In this document: in pieces, positions 20,001-28,439 of the stretch
Layout: the number at the start of each line of letters is the position of its first letter
Numbering within the stretch: position 1 is the stretch's first letter
Assembly (NCBI GenBank): GCA_965116905.1
Contig: OZ220732.1
Span: 1,952,001-2,016,000 of the forward strand
Origin: Longimicrobiales bacterium
GTDB taxonomy: Bacteria > Gemmatimonadota > Gemmatimonadetes > Longimicrobiales > Gaopeijiaceae
Direction of reading: 5' to 3'
DNA length: 64,000 nt
Notes under the pieces: generated by a model
Told to the model about the DNA's origin: nothing
Databases searched by the model: none
Seen by the model: only the letters and a program-made list of their open reading frames with translations
Translations under genes and position numbers: made by a program

Positions 20001-20233
20001 GCGAGGCGATCATCGAGGGAGCCAAGGGCCGTTTTCGTCCGATCATGCTGACTTCCCTGACCACCTTCCTCGGCTTCACGCCGCTGATTCTCGAGGACGC
20101 GATTCAGGCCCAGTTCTTCGTCCCCTTCTCCGCCTCGATCGGGTGCGGCATCCTCTTCACCACGGCCATACTGATGTTCCTGGTGCCCGCGCTGTCCTCG
20201 CTGCGCCTGCACTTGACCACCCGGAATTCCTAG
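17054..20233 (+). CDS. RND efflux transporter permease (AcrB/AcrD/AcrF-like)
   Basis: PGATPEEVE, GIIVDDAIVVAE, GVVVNDSLV and RFRPIMLTSLTT. About 12 hydrophobic segments. Confidence 0.93.
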   Translation: MSGNSSNHGEPGGPIAYMASNGVAANLLMFGIIAAGLVSLTGLEQEGWPEVPFNQFEISVPFPGATPEEVEEAIVVKIEDEVRGLADVKAVRSIAAPGMASVRVEVNSGTDMGAKKDEIESAVGRIQTFPSGAERPQIREMTNAQSVIRLIVYGDVPERSLKELAYRIEDDLAALPSVSQVATSGVRDYEVSIEVPQQRLRALGLTLTDIANTVRRNSLDLSAGSIDTRESQVRVRTLGQSYDQMDFEEIVILSRDDGTVVRLGDIAEVRDGFQDTDLIVRHQGRPAVFVEVSRAQGERVMSVARAVREHIADEVIPSLPNGVGVTIWNDDSTAFTERGALLLKNGALGLLLVLIALGLFLEVRLAFWVAVGLGVSGIGALAAMMMFDIAIHAVSLFSFVLAIGIIVDDAIVVAEHIHLERMRGTSGVVAAIRGARRIRVPLIFAVLTTIVAFVPLLFIPAGFGEVWKALPIIVIAMLVISLIESLLVLPNHLSHHLHGPDWTPRTGAERFVARIQGRVDSLLDRFIQGPLDHAMRFATDQPGVTLSAAAALFILTVSLLPAGIVPTTFATEVEGDFVTATLQMPDGTTARQTDAVAQDLEAAGHRVIQRLSEGRPADAPPLLSGVTVVVGQRSRIETGGLNPSPTLNPEANIATIEFKLLPAQQRRITSGEVMQAWREEVGILPQVRAITFMSEIYTLGNPVEAVLSHPDPERLVTIASSMVDELRRVAGVFDIRSDHTPGVPEIQLGLLPEARTLGLTLDALAQQARAVFFGAEALRVQRGRDEVRVYVRLPEEQRNSITDIENYLFRTATGAEVPVSRVASLSMGMSPPAIHRQDGQRVVTVTADVDPNVITAGEANGILENTIIAGLVDTNPELTYTFGGEQQQQLDSLGALYRGFAIALLIIFALLAIPLRSYTKPFIIMAIIPFGFVGVILGHWVLGVALSAESFVGIFGLAGVVVNDSLVMMDFIDQELEEGLPAREAIIEGAKGRFRPIMLTSLTTFLGFTPLILEDAIQAQFFVPFSASIGCGILFTTAILMFLVPALSSLRLHLTTRNS

Positions 20234-20234
20234 T

Positions 20235-21272
20235 CTAGTGGCCCTGAAGAGGCTTGCGCGCCAGGAAGCAGTATAGCGGCGTAAAGATCCCTGTCCTGCC
20301 GCCAGCGACATAGGCGTCTGCAGTCCGATCCATGAGTTCGACAACCTCTGCCGATCCCTTGGGGAACACCCGCAGCAACTCGGCCAGCCTGGATCCCCAG
20401 AAAAACATCTTGCGACCCATCGGAGCCTGGAAGAGAGCGGTGCCGAGCCGCCCGTGCCGGGTTTCCATGGGCCGATACCACGGCGTGGCCGAACCGGTCT
20501 CATCGACGGCGAGGTCCGTCGCCTCCAGAACCTCGAATCCCGCGGTTTCGAGGTCCCGGTCCACCTCCCCAAACGTTGCGATGTCCCGAAGCGCGATGCC
20601 GTGCATGAGTTCCCGCTTGATGGTCCGGTGGCGATTGTCGTCGGGATTGTACATGTCCGTCATGCACATTTCCTGGCCCCAGAAGAGGGCTCCGGGCTTG
20701 AGGACACGTTGGATTTCGGCAAACGCGTGCGCCTTGTCGGGAGCATGGCACGTCGATTCGATCGCGTAGCCCCGGTCGAAGGTCGCGTCCGCGATGGAGC
20801 TCATGTTCATGAAGCTGCACGCGAGGCAGTCGATCATGTGATCGAGCCCCGCCTCGGCATTCAGCGACCTGGCCCTCCTCAGCTGGACTTCACTGCTGTT
20901 GATTCCCAGTACCCGGACACCGGCCTCGCGGGCGACGCGGCGCATTGGACCCCCGATGCCGCAGCCGATGTCGGCCACCGTCATGCCTTCACGCAGTTCC
21001 AGGCTGGCGATCATCCGCCGCTGGTGCCGCACCTTGGAGTCCTTCAGGCTCTCGCCGGGCGACAGCGGCGCGAAGTGCAGGGATTCTCCCCAGCCGAAGA
21101 CCATCAATTCGCTGCAAAGGTCGTAGTATTCCTTTACGGTCCGGGTGTGGTCGTAGTCGGCGCCGCCATCCGTGGCGAACGCTCTGTCCGTCCACCCCTC
21201 GAAGTCCCGCACGCGGCGGCGGACGTTCGTTCTGCCGAACGCGGCCTTCAGTCCATCGGATAGTCGATGCAT
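20235..21272 (-). CDS. Sterol C-24 methyltransferase-like SAM methyltransferase (ERG6/SMT family)
   Basis: YYDL....FGWGESLHFA, DIGCGIGGP, YAIESTCHAP, RVLKPG and C-terminal VAGGRTGIFTPLY. Confidence 0.85.
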   Translation of the reverse strand: MHRLSDGLKAAFGRTNVRRRVRDFEGWTDRAFATDGGADYDHTRTVKEYYDLCSELMVFGWGESLHFAPLSPGESLKDSKVRHQRRMIASLELREGMTVADIGCGIGGPMRRVAREAGVRVLGINSSEVQLRRARSLNAEAGLDHMIDCLACSFMNMSSIADATFDRGYAIESTCHAPDKAHAFAEIQRVLKPGALFWGQEMCMTDMYNPDDNRHRTIKRELMHGIALRDIATFGEVDRDLETAGFEVLEATDLAVDETGSATPWYRPMETRHGRLGTALFQAPMGRKMFFWGSRLAELLRVFPKGSAEVVELMDRTADAYVAGGRTGIFTPLYCFLARKPLQGH

Positions 21273-21288
21273 TTTTTGCCTGGCCTGG

Positions 21289-23898
21289 TCATGGACCTTT
21301 CGGCGTCAGCCTCAACACGGTAGTCACGCGGCCCGGCTCGCCGGCAAGACCGACACGGATGGCGCCGTCCGAGCGGCTCGACACGGTGGCGTTGGCATCG
21401 CTCGCGGCGGCGTCGACCGGCGTGCCGAAGAGACGGACATCGTAGTCGCGGCCCGCCGTACCCTCGACGGTCAGCAGCCATCCGCCGCCGTCGGCCGCCA
21501 GGTCGATGATCCGCAGCCCCGTACTCCGCTGGCCCGGCCGCAGGTCGATGCGGGGGGGTGCGACGGCGAGACCGCCCTGCCAGGTGGCGGTAAACTCCCC
21601 GTCGGCGGATTCGACCACCGCCTCGTGGGTTGCGCCCACCGGCACATCCGGCACGAAGTCGATGTCCACCTGCGGCCCGGCGGTGCGCACGACCGCCCGC
21701 TGCTCCCCGCCGGTGCCGGTCCAGCGCCGCGTGATGTCCACGTCCACGGTCGTTTCACCCACCCGCAGTCCCCGCACCGACGCCCCGTCCCAGTCCGCCG
21801 GCAGCTGCGGCGCCAGCCGTGCCCGCCCGTTCGGCGCGTCGGGCTCCCACCCGAAGACGCCGCGGAGCAACGGCGTGACAAGCATCGAAGTCGCGAAGAA
21901 CTGGTGCGGGACCGTCTGGTCGAGGGGCTGGTAGAAGGTGCCCGAGAAGAGCTCGCCGTGGCGACCGAGGCTCCAGTCGAAGGTCATCTGCTTGACCGCG
22001 TCCATCAGGTGAAACCCCGCCCACGGCCGCCGGTAGCGGTACTGCGCCCACGACGCAAACCCCGTCACGAAGGGCCACACCGTGCCCATGTTGTACTGGA
22101 GCGGGTCGTAGAGCTCGCTTTCTGTCGAGAGCATGTGCGCGCCCCAGTCCGACGACACGCGGTCGCCGGCCATCAGCGTCAGGGTCGACCGGGCCCGCCC
22201 GTCCTCCAGCAGGCCGAAGGCGGCGGCGGTGGCCGGCCACACGGTCAGGTTGTCGTTGGTGCCGCCGCCGGCAAGGATCCCGAACGCGTGATGGCCCACA
22301 TCGGGGCGCCAGTACGCATCGTTCAGCGTCGCGCGCGCGGTCGGGGCGATCCGCGCGGCCTCCGCCGACAGCGCCCCCTCGCCCAGATGCTCCGCCATCG
22401 CCAGCGTGCCCTCCAGCGCGGCCACCCACACGCCCGCCAGGTAGATGTCCTGGTGCAGCGCCTCGCCCAGGCCGCCGACCTCGACCGCGCCCAGCCCGCC
22501 CACCGTGTTCTCGATGATGCCGTCGCCGTCCGTCTCGGCGCTCAGACACCACGCCCACGCGCGCCTGTACGCCGGCCACAGCTCGCGCAGCAGATCGTCG
22601 TCGCCGCTGGCGAGCCAGTACTGGTAGACCGCAAACATCCAGTGAGGGGTCGTGTCGGCGTGGTAGTAGGCGTAGGGGTAGGTGTCGAACCAGTCGATGT
22701 GGGCCGCCGCCTGCGAGATCTCGTGGGTGATCTTGCCGTCGCCGCGCTGGTATTTCGCGAGGAACGCGAGCTCCTCGGCCACCAGGTCCCACTGTCCCAG
22801 CGCGTCCATCGCGTAGGTGTTCATCATCGCGTCGCCGCCGAAGAACCAGCCGAAGCCCGGCCGCCCGCCGTCGCCCGACAGTCCCCAGCCGGCCACGAAC
22901 CCGCACCCCAGGTCCGGGTTGCAGACGCGCTGCTCCTCCAGGTTGATCTTGGCCCACTCCAGCGCCAGGTCGAGTGACGGGTCGGGCGTCTCGACCGAGG
23001 CCGTCGTCGCCAGCACCGAGTCGGCCCAGGCACGGGTGTCCCGATAGAGCATCTCGGCGCCCGCAATCAGCCGCCCGTACCGCGCGAACACCGTATCGCG
23101 CGGCACCGTCCCCGCCGCCACCACGATCGGAATGAACTCCGTCCGCGCGCGCTCCGGATCGACCGGAATGACCATGGTGCGCGGCGCCTCGCCCAGCTGA
23201 TGCGCCGGATGCTCGACCGAATTCGTCGCCCACGGCGAGCCCACCACGGCGTTGCGCGTCTGCAGACTCTCGGAGAGCACGAAGACGCGCCGCTCCCCGT
23301 CCCAGTACGCGTACTGCCCGCCCAGCGACCCCGGCCACATGTAGTTGAGCACCGGGTGGAACTCGGCGACGATCTCCATGGGCTCCGGGCTGTCGACCTC
23401 GAGCAACACGAGAATCCCGGACGCCGCCGTGTCCCGGGGCGCGAGAATATGCTGCCGCACCTGAAACGTCGCGTGGCTGTACGTGATCGTCGTCAGTTCG
23501 GGCCGCACGTGCACCGTGCGCGCCACCTGCTCGCCGGCAATCGGGGCGCCGTAACCGGACGTCGAAAAGGCGAGGCGGAAGCCGCGGCCCACCTTGAGCG
23601 GATGCACCCACAGCTCGGCTTCGCCGGTCTCCAGCCCGAGCCACGCCGCGCGCGGTCCGGTCACGCCGAGGTACTCGCCGGGGCGCACGGGGCCGGTCAG
23701 CTCGATGGGCGACGGCGGGATCGCGAAGCGGGGCACCGAGAGCGCGGCGAGGTTGCCGGGCGAGGGGTCGGGGAGGCGCTGGGCCGCGGTAGGGGTGGGG
23801 AGGGGGATGAGAAGTGCGAAGATGGCCGCCGCGACGAGGATCCGGGCCAGTGCCGGGGTGGGGCGGGCGGCGGGGCGGGGGGAGGGTGGGAGTTTCAT
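21289..23898 (-). CDS. Secreted (alpha/alpha)6 glycoside hydrolase (amylo-alpha-1,6-glucosidase/GH63-like)
   Basis: Signal peptide from ATG at 23898. RPGFGWFFGGD, DGKITHE, YYHADTT, DGDGIIEN and YNMGTVWP motifs. Confidence 0.75.
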   Translation of the reverse strand: MKLPPSPRPAARPTPALARILVAAAIFALLIPLPTPTAAQRLPDPSPGNLAALSVPRFAIPPSPIELTGPVRPGEYLGVTGPRAAWLGLETGEAELWVHPLKVGRGFRLAFSTSGYGAPIAGEQVARTVHVRPELTTITYSHATFQVRQHILAPRDTAASGILVLLEVDSPEPMEIVAEFHPVLNYMWPGSLGGQYAYWDGERRVFVLSESLQTRNAVVGSPWATNSVEHPAHQLGEAPRTMVIPVDPERARTEFIPIVVAAGTVPRDTVFARYGRLIAGAEMLYRDTRAWADSVLATTASVETPDPSLDLALEWAKINLEEQRVCNPDLGCGFVAGWGLSGDGGRPGFGWFFGGDAMMNTYAMDALGQWDLVAEELAFLAKYQRGDGKITHEISQAAAHIDWFDTYPYAYYHADTTPHWMFAVYQYWLASGDDDLLRELWPAYRRAWAWCLSAETDGDGIIENTVGGLGAVEVGGLGEALHQDIYLAGVWVAALEGTLAMAEHLGEGALSAEAARIAPTARATLNDAYWRPDVGHHAFGILAGGGTNDNLTVWPATAAAFGLLEDGRARSTLTLMAGDRVSSDWGAHMLSTESELYDPLQYNMGTVWPFVTGFASWAQYRYRRPWAGFHLMDAVKQMTFDWSLGRHGELFSGTFYQPLDQTVPHQFFATSMLVTPLLRGVFGWEPDAPNGRARLAPQLPADWDGASVRGLRVGETTVDVDITRRWTGTGGEQRAVVRTAGPQVDIDFVPDVPVGATHEAVVESADGEFTATWQGGLAVAPPRIDLRPGQRSTGLRIIDLAADGGGWLLTVEGTAGRDYDVRLFGTPVDAAASDANATVSSRSDGAIRVGLAGEPGRVTTVLRLTPKGP

Positions 23899-23999
23899 CC
23901 GGTGGTGGCCTCGCTCCGCCAGGGGGTGTCGGTCCGGTGCGGAGTGTGCCTGAACGATGAAATGTCGGATATCAGAAGGCAAGCGAACGCCGCCTGGAC

Positions 24000-25217
24000 C
24001 TACCGGCGCAAACGCAGCACCCGCGGATGCTGCACGTCCAGTTCGCTGGTCCAGACGCCGAGGATCTCGTCCACACCGACCTGCGTGACCCTGAAGCCCG
24101 CGGGGATCTCCACGCTTCCCAGCCACGCGCCGGCGGGCTCGAGCACCAGCCATTGCTCCGGTCCGCCGCGTTCGCTCTGTCCCAGAAACGGCCGGAGCCA
24201 GACCGCGCCGGTCGGGTCCGCCAGCATGTCGGCGTAGGCGGGCCGGGTCTCCGGCGACGGCATGTCTTCGATCGCCTGGACGAAGAAAGGCGGAAGAGAC
24301 GTGACCCCCGCCGGCAACGGGATGTCGAGACGGGCCTGCCGCTCTTCCTGAACCTGGGCTGGAGTCAGGGTCAGCGGATAGTCGGGGATGCGGAGTATCC
24401 GGACGGTCCCGCCGCTCGCACGGATCTCCTCGACCTGCATGTGGTCCGATGAGCCCATCAGGATTCGTCCGCCGTGCGTCGCGAGCACCGATTCCCTTCC
24501 GAAGAGGGGAGGCCCGCTCAGCATCTCGGCCACGTACATCTCGGAACCCGGCGTCTGTCCGATGCTGTCCCGCCGAGCCCCCTGCAGGTCGTAGGCCAGA
24601 AGGACCTCCGGCGGCCGGATCACCCCGTACACCTCGGGATAGCCCGTCACGGCCTGCACGATCAACGTGCCGTCGCCCAGGTGATGAACGTCGGTGACAT
24701 CGTCGTCGAACTGCATCGTGCGGATGTGTTGCAGATCGGGACCGAAGAGGGTGACCCGGGACCGGATATCCCGCGCGAGCAGCGAATCGCCGACGAGTTC
24801 CACCTGTTGCAGATTCGTGAACTCTCCCGGCCCTTCGCCGTGCCCGCCCGCGGCACCGACAAAGCCGCCGTCGGCCGAGAACGTCCGGATCTCGTTCGAC
24901 CCCCGGTTCACCACCACGATGCCCCCGTCCGGCAGCCGCTTGACGTCCCACACCTGGTAGAAGTTGTACGGATCACCCGTGCCGGACTCCGCCAGGTCGA
25001 GCACAGGCTCCGGGTCGACGCGCCAGTGCGCCGAATCGCCCCAGGCGGGCCCAAAGGACTCGACGATCGTGATGCCCGCGCTGTCGCGCTGCACCGCCAG
25101 CGGGGGACCGTCGCCGCCGGGGGTACAGGCGGCAAGCAAGCTCGCGAGCAGCATGCATGCCCCGGAAACCGCCGGCCGGGCGAAGCGTGGAATGCGTGTG
25201 CCAAGTAGGAAGATCAT
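24000..25217 (-). CDS. 6-bladed beta-propeller (NHL-like) lipoprotein, paralog 1
   Basis: Lipobox LAAC, RDSAGITIVES, GGHGEGPGEF and D.LDVQHP C-terminus. Confidence 0.75.
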   Translation of the reverse strand: MIFLLGTRIPRFARPAVSGACMLLASLLAACTPGGDGPPLAVQRDSAGITIVESFGPAWGDSAHWRVDPEPVLDLAESGTGDPYNFYQVWDVKRLPDGGIVVVNRGSNEIRTFSADGGFVGAAGGHGEGPGEFTNLQQVELVGDSLLARDIRSRVTLFGPDLQHIRTMQFDDDVTDVHHLGDGTLIVQAVTGYPEVYGVIRPPEVLLAYDLQGARRDSIGQTPGSEMYVAEMLSGPPLFGRESVLATHGGRILMGSSDHMQVEEIRASGGTVRILRIPDYPLTLTPAQVQEERQARLDIPLPAGVTSLPPFFVQAIEDMPSPETRPAYADMLADPTGAVWLRPFLGQSERGGPEQWLVLEPAGAWLGSVEIPAGFRVTQVGVDEILGVWTSELDVQHPRVLRLRR

Positions 25218-26449
25218 TCGCTGTTCCTTTGCAAGCGCAGCACCTGCGGGTGCTGCACGTCCAGTTCATCGTGCCATACGCCCAGCACCTCGTCGATGCC
25301 GATGTCCCACACGTGGAAGTCCTCGGGCACCTCCACCCTGCCGAGCCACCGGCCGGCGGGGTCCAGCACCAGCCAGGACTCGGGTCCGCCGCCCTCGCTC
25401 ATCCCGCGGAAGGGCCGCAGCCAGATCGCGCCGGCCGGATCGACGACAATATCGGCGTAGGCGGGCCGGGTAGTGGGCAGCGGCATGTCCTCGAGCAGCT
25501 GCTGAAGCCGCGGGGGCATCGGCCGGCCCTGAAGCGTCGGGGCTTCCAGGCGGGCATCCCGTTCCGCGACGGCCTCCGCCTCGCTCACCGCCAGGTCGAA
25601 GCCCGCCAGGCGCAGGATCCTCACCGTGTCGCCGGACGCGGTCATCTCCTCCACCCGCATCCGGTCGGAAGACCCGGTGAAGATGCGGCTGCCGTGCGTG
25701 CCGACGACGGCCTTCTTCTGAAAAAGAGGCACGATGCGCATGTCGCCCACGACGTAGTCCTCGTAGCCCGGAGTCCAGCCGATGCTGTCGCCCCCGCTCC
25801 CGTCCAGCCGGTACGCGCGGAGGACCTCGGGGACCCGCGTCAGGCGGCCGAGCTCCGGGATCGGGGGCACGATGCGCGCGACGAGACGACCGCTGCCAAT
25901 GGCGTGCACGGCAAGGGTCCTGCGGGCCAGCCGCGTCTCACGGATCAGGACCGGACCGGGGCCGAAGACGCTGATCACACCGTCCCGGTCGACCACGAGG
26001 ATCGTGTCGCCCGCCACCTCCAGCTGCTGCGCGTTGGTGAATTCGCCGGGACCCTGCCCCTGCCCGGGTCCGCCGAACGAGCCGACGAAGCCGCCGTCGG
26101 CCGAAAACTGCCGGATCTCGTCGGAGCCGGCGTTCAGAACGACGAGGGATCGGTCCGGGAGCCGCGCCATGCCGCGGACCTGGTAGAAGCTGTGTGCGTC
26201 GCCGGTGCCGGATTCGGACAGGTCGAGGATCGGTTGCGGGTCGATGCGCCACGCGTTCGAGTTGGCCACCTCCGTCTGGGCGGGGTCCCCCCAGGCGGGC
26301 CGCAGCGACTCGACGATCGTGATGCCGGCGCTGTCGCGCTGGATCGATGACGGGGGACCGTCGCCGGAGGGGGCGCAGGCGTGAAGGAGCACGGCCGCGG
26401 TGGCTGACAGGAGGCGTTTGCTACTATTATAATAGCAAAATGCTATCAT
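25214..26449 (-). CDS. 6-bladed beta-propeller (NHL-like) lipoprotein, paralog 2
   Basis: Lipobox LHAC, RDSAGITIVES and GQGPGEF. Clearly homologous to the neighbouring gene. Confidence 0.75.
   Translation of the reverse strand: MIAFCYYNSSKRLLSATAAVLLHACAPSGDGPPSSIQRDSAGITIVESLRPAWGDPAQTEVANSNAWRIDPQPILDLSESGTGDAHSFYQVRGMARLPDRSLVVLNAGSDEIRQFSADGGFVGSFGGPGQGQGPGEFTNAQQLEVAGDTILVVDRDGVISVFGPGPVLIRETRLARRTLAVHAIGSGRLVARIVPPIPELGRLTRVPEVLRAYRLDGSGGDSIGWTPGYEDYVVGDMRIVPLFQKKAVVGTHGSRIFTGSSDRMRVEEMTASGDTVRILRLAGFDLAVSEAEAVAERDARLEAPTLQGRPMPPRLQQLLEDMPLPTTRPAYADIVVDPAGAIWLRPFRGMSEGGGPESWLVLDPAGRWLGRVEVPEDFHVWDIGIDEVLGVWHDELDVQHPQVLRLQRNSE
26419..26448. promoter_or_regulatory. Promoter/operator of the FitA-like TA operon
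   Basis: AT-rich TGCTACTA-TTA-TAATAGCA-AAA-TGCTATCA. Contains TATAAT at 26428-26433 and the palindrome CTATTATAATAG. AGGAGG RBS follows. Confidence 0.65.
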
Positions 26450-26472
26450 TTCGGCCTTGAAGGAGGTGGGGA

Positions 26473-26763
26473 ATGGCGGACGTGGCCGTCCGGGGAATCC
26501 CGGACGAGTTGCACCTGGAACTTAAGGCGGCGGCGGAGAGAAATCACCGCAGCCTCAACGGAGAGATCGTGGCGAGGCTGGCGGCCTCGGTCCGCACGGC
26601 GCCGGTCGATGCCATCACGCTCCTGGAGCGCATTCAGCGGCGAAACCGTAGGCTGGGCCCGATCGAGCTGGATGACGCGGCCCTGCGCGGACTGCAGGAC
26701 GAGGGCCCTGGCGGCCCGGGTCGAGGGGACGCGCCCCACACCCGCTGGAAGGGCGGCGAATGA
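26473..26763 (+). CDS. FitA/Arc-like ribbon-helix-helix antitoxin
   Basis: VRGIPDELHLELKAAAERNHRSLNGEI; overlaps the PIN gene start. Confidence 0.85.
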   Translation: MADVAVRGIPDELHLELKAAAERNHRSLNGEIVARLAASVRTAPVDAITLLERIQRRNRRLGPIELDDAALRGLQDEGPGGPGRGDAPHTRWKGGE

Positions 26764-27155
26764 TCGTCGTCGACACGAGCGTGATGGTGAGGCTGGTCGT
26801 GGGGGGGCGCGACGGAGCTGAGGCGGCCCGGCTCTTCCGGCAGGACCCCGAATGGGCCGCGGCCGCCTGCCTCATGAGCGGTATGCGCCACGTGCTGCTT
26901 GGGCTGGTGCGCCGGCGGTCGCTCACCGTGGACCAGGCGAAGGCCATGTGCGACGACGCGGCGTTGGCGCTCGGCGGGAGGATCGTGACCGTCCCGTCGG
27001 CGCGGGTGATCGATGCCGCGCTGCAGTGCGGGCTGTCGGCCGAGCAGGCCGAGTTCGTGGTGGTGGCGCGGGAACTGGGCGTGCCGTTGGCGACCGGCGA
27101 CCGGGCAGTTCTGAGGGCGGCGCGTGATGTGGCGGTCTGGGTGGGGACGGGGTGA
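26760..27155 (+). CDS. VapC/PIN-domain toxin, apparently degenerate active site
   Basis: MIVVDTSV and C-terminal LATGD are present; the internal acidic residues appear substituted (SGMRH, SAEQAEF). Confidence 0.75.
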   Translation: MIVVDTSVMVRLVVGGRDGAEAARLFRQDPEWAAAACLMSGMRHVLLGLVRRRSLTVDQAKAMCDDAALALGGRIVTVPSARVIDAALQCGLSAEQAEFVVVARELGVPLATGDRAVLRAARDVAVWVGTG

Positions 27156-27159
27156 CGGA

Positions 27160-27211
27160 TTGCAAATCATGGATTGTAAACGTTGCAATTCTATGATCAC
27201 AACCGTTGCAA
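27160..27211. repeat. Three TTGCAA palindromes at 23-bp spacing
   Basis: TTGCAA at 27160, 27183 and 27206, plus TTGTAA at 27174, upstream of the DUF4143 ATPase. Confidence 0.7.
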
Positions 27212-27213
27212 AC

Positions 27214-28396
27214 ATGGGAATGAACGACGGCGAGACAGATTGCGGCCAGCGCGGTCATGTTGGACGCTCATCCGTCCGCTCGCCGCGCGGCTGCCGTTGA
27301 TCCGGGGTTTCTGCTCCAGGGAGACACGCCTCGCCTGATTGACGAATGGCAGGTCGTCCCCGAAATCTGGAACCATGTGCGCCATGCCGTGGACGATCGT
27401 TTGGGCCGTGGCCACTTTATCCTGACCGGATCCGCCGTCCCCCCGGACGACATCACCCGGCATACCGGAGCAGGACGCATCGGCCGGCTGCGGCTGCGTC
27501 CCATGTCGCTTTTCGAACTGCAGCATTCGACCGGCCAGATCTCGCTCGAACGGCTGTTGGCCGGTGACCCGGCGCCAACCTCGTCGACCGAGTTGACCGT
27601 ACCGGAGCTGGCGGAACTCGTGTGCATCGGCGGCTGGCCCGGACACCTGGGTTCGTCGGAATCCGATCCCCCGCTCTCAGCCACCGACGCGATGGAGGAA
27701 AACCGTGATTACCTCGGCGAGGTCTGCCGTGCCGACATCCGCCGGGTGGACGGGTCGGGGAGGGATCCGGCAAGGGTCGGGCGCTTCCTGCAATCACTGG
27801 GCCGCAACGTCGCCACATGCGCAAGCATGGCCACACTGGCCCGGGACGCCGGCGGACCGGATCATCATCTCGACGCGTACACGGCCAGTTCATACATGAC
27901 CGCGCTGGAGCGGCTCATGATCGTGGAGAACCAGCCGCCCTGGGCGCCGCACCTCCGGTCCCGGTCGCGGCTCCGCACCTCCGCAAAGCGTCACTTCGTC
28001 GACCCCTCTCTTGCCGTCGCGGCACTGAGTGCGGGCACGGATCACGTACTGAACGACTTCGAGTGGTTCGGCTTCCTGTTCGAGTCGATGGTGATTCGGG
28101 ACCTCCGCGTCTACGCGCAGGCCATCGGGGCGACCGTGCACCACTACCGCGACAACACGGGGCTGGAGGTGGACGCCGTGGTGGACGCCGGGCCAGGGCG
28201 GTGGGCGGCGTTCGAGATCAAGCTCGGTGCGAGCCGGGTGGACGAAGGCGCAAGGACGCTGCTGAAGTTTGCCGATCGGGTCGATACGGAGCGGTGCGGG
28301 GAACCCGCGGCCCTGGGCGTCATCGTGGGAAGCGGCTATGGGTACGCGAGGCCGGATGGTGTCGGTGTCATTCCCGTAGGAGCGCTGGGGGTGTAG
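27214..28396 (+). pseudogene. AAA_14/DUF4143 ATPase lacking its N-terminal Walker A
   Basis: Walker B LIDEWQ, ILTGS, LRPMSLFE, KRHFVDPSLA and HYRD..GLEVDAV..EIKLG are present. The in-frame upstream sequence is *TTARQIAASAV (TGA at 27221), i.e. only the post-GK remnant. Confidence 0.7.
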
Positions 28397-28439
28397 ACTC
28401 GGCTGCCATGAACCGTTCGCACGTAGCGAGCGAACCCTG

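Noticed and set aside
23899..24951. 1220-aa ORF (21289-24951) as a giant fusion
   Set aside because: The upstream part overlaps the propeller gene in another frame and is low-information; the real gene starts with a signal peptide at 23898.
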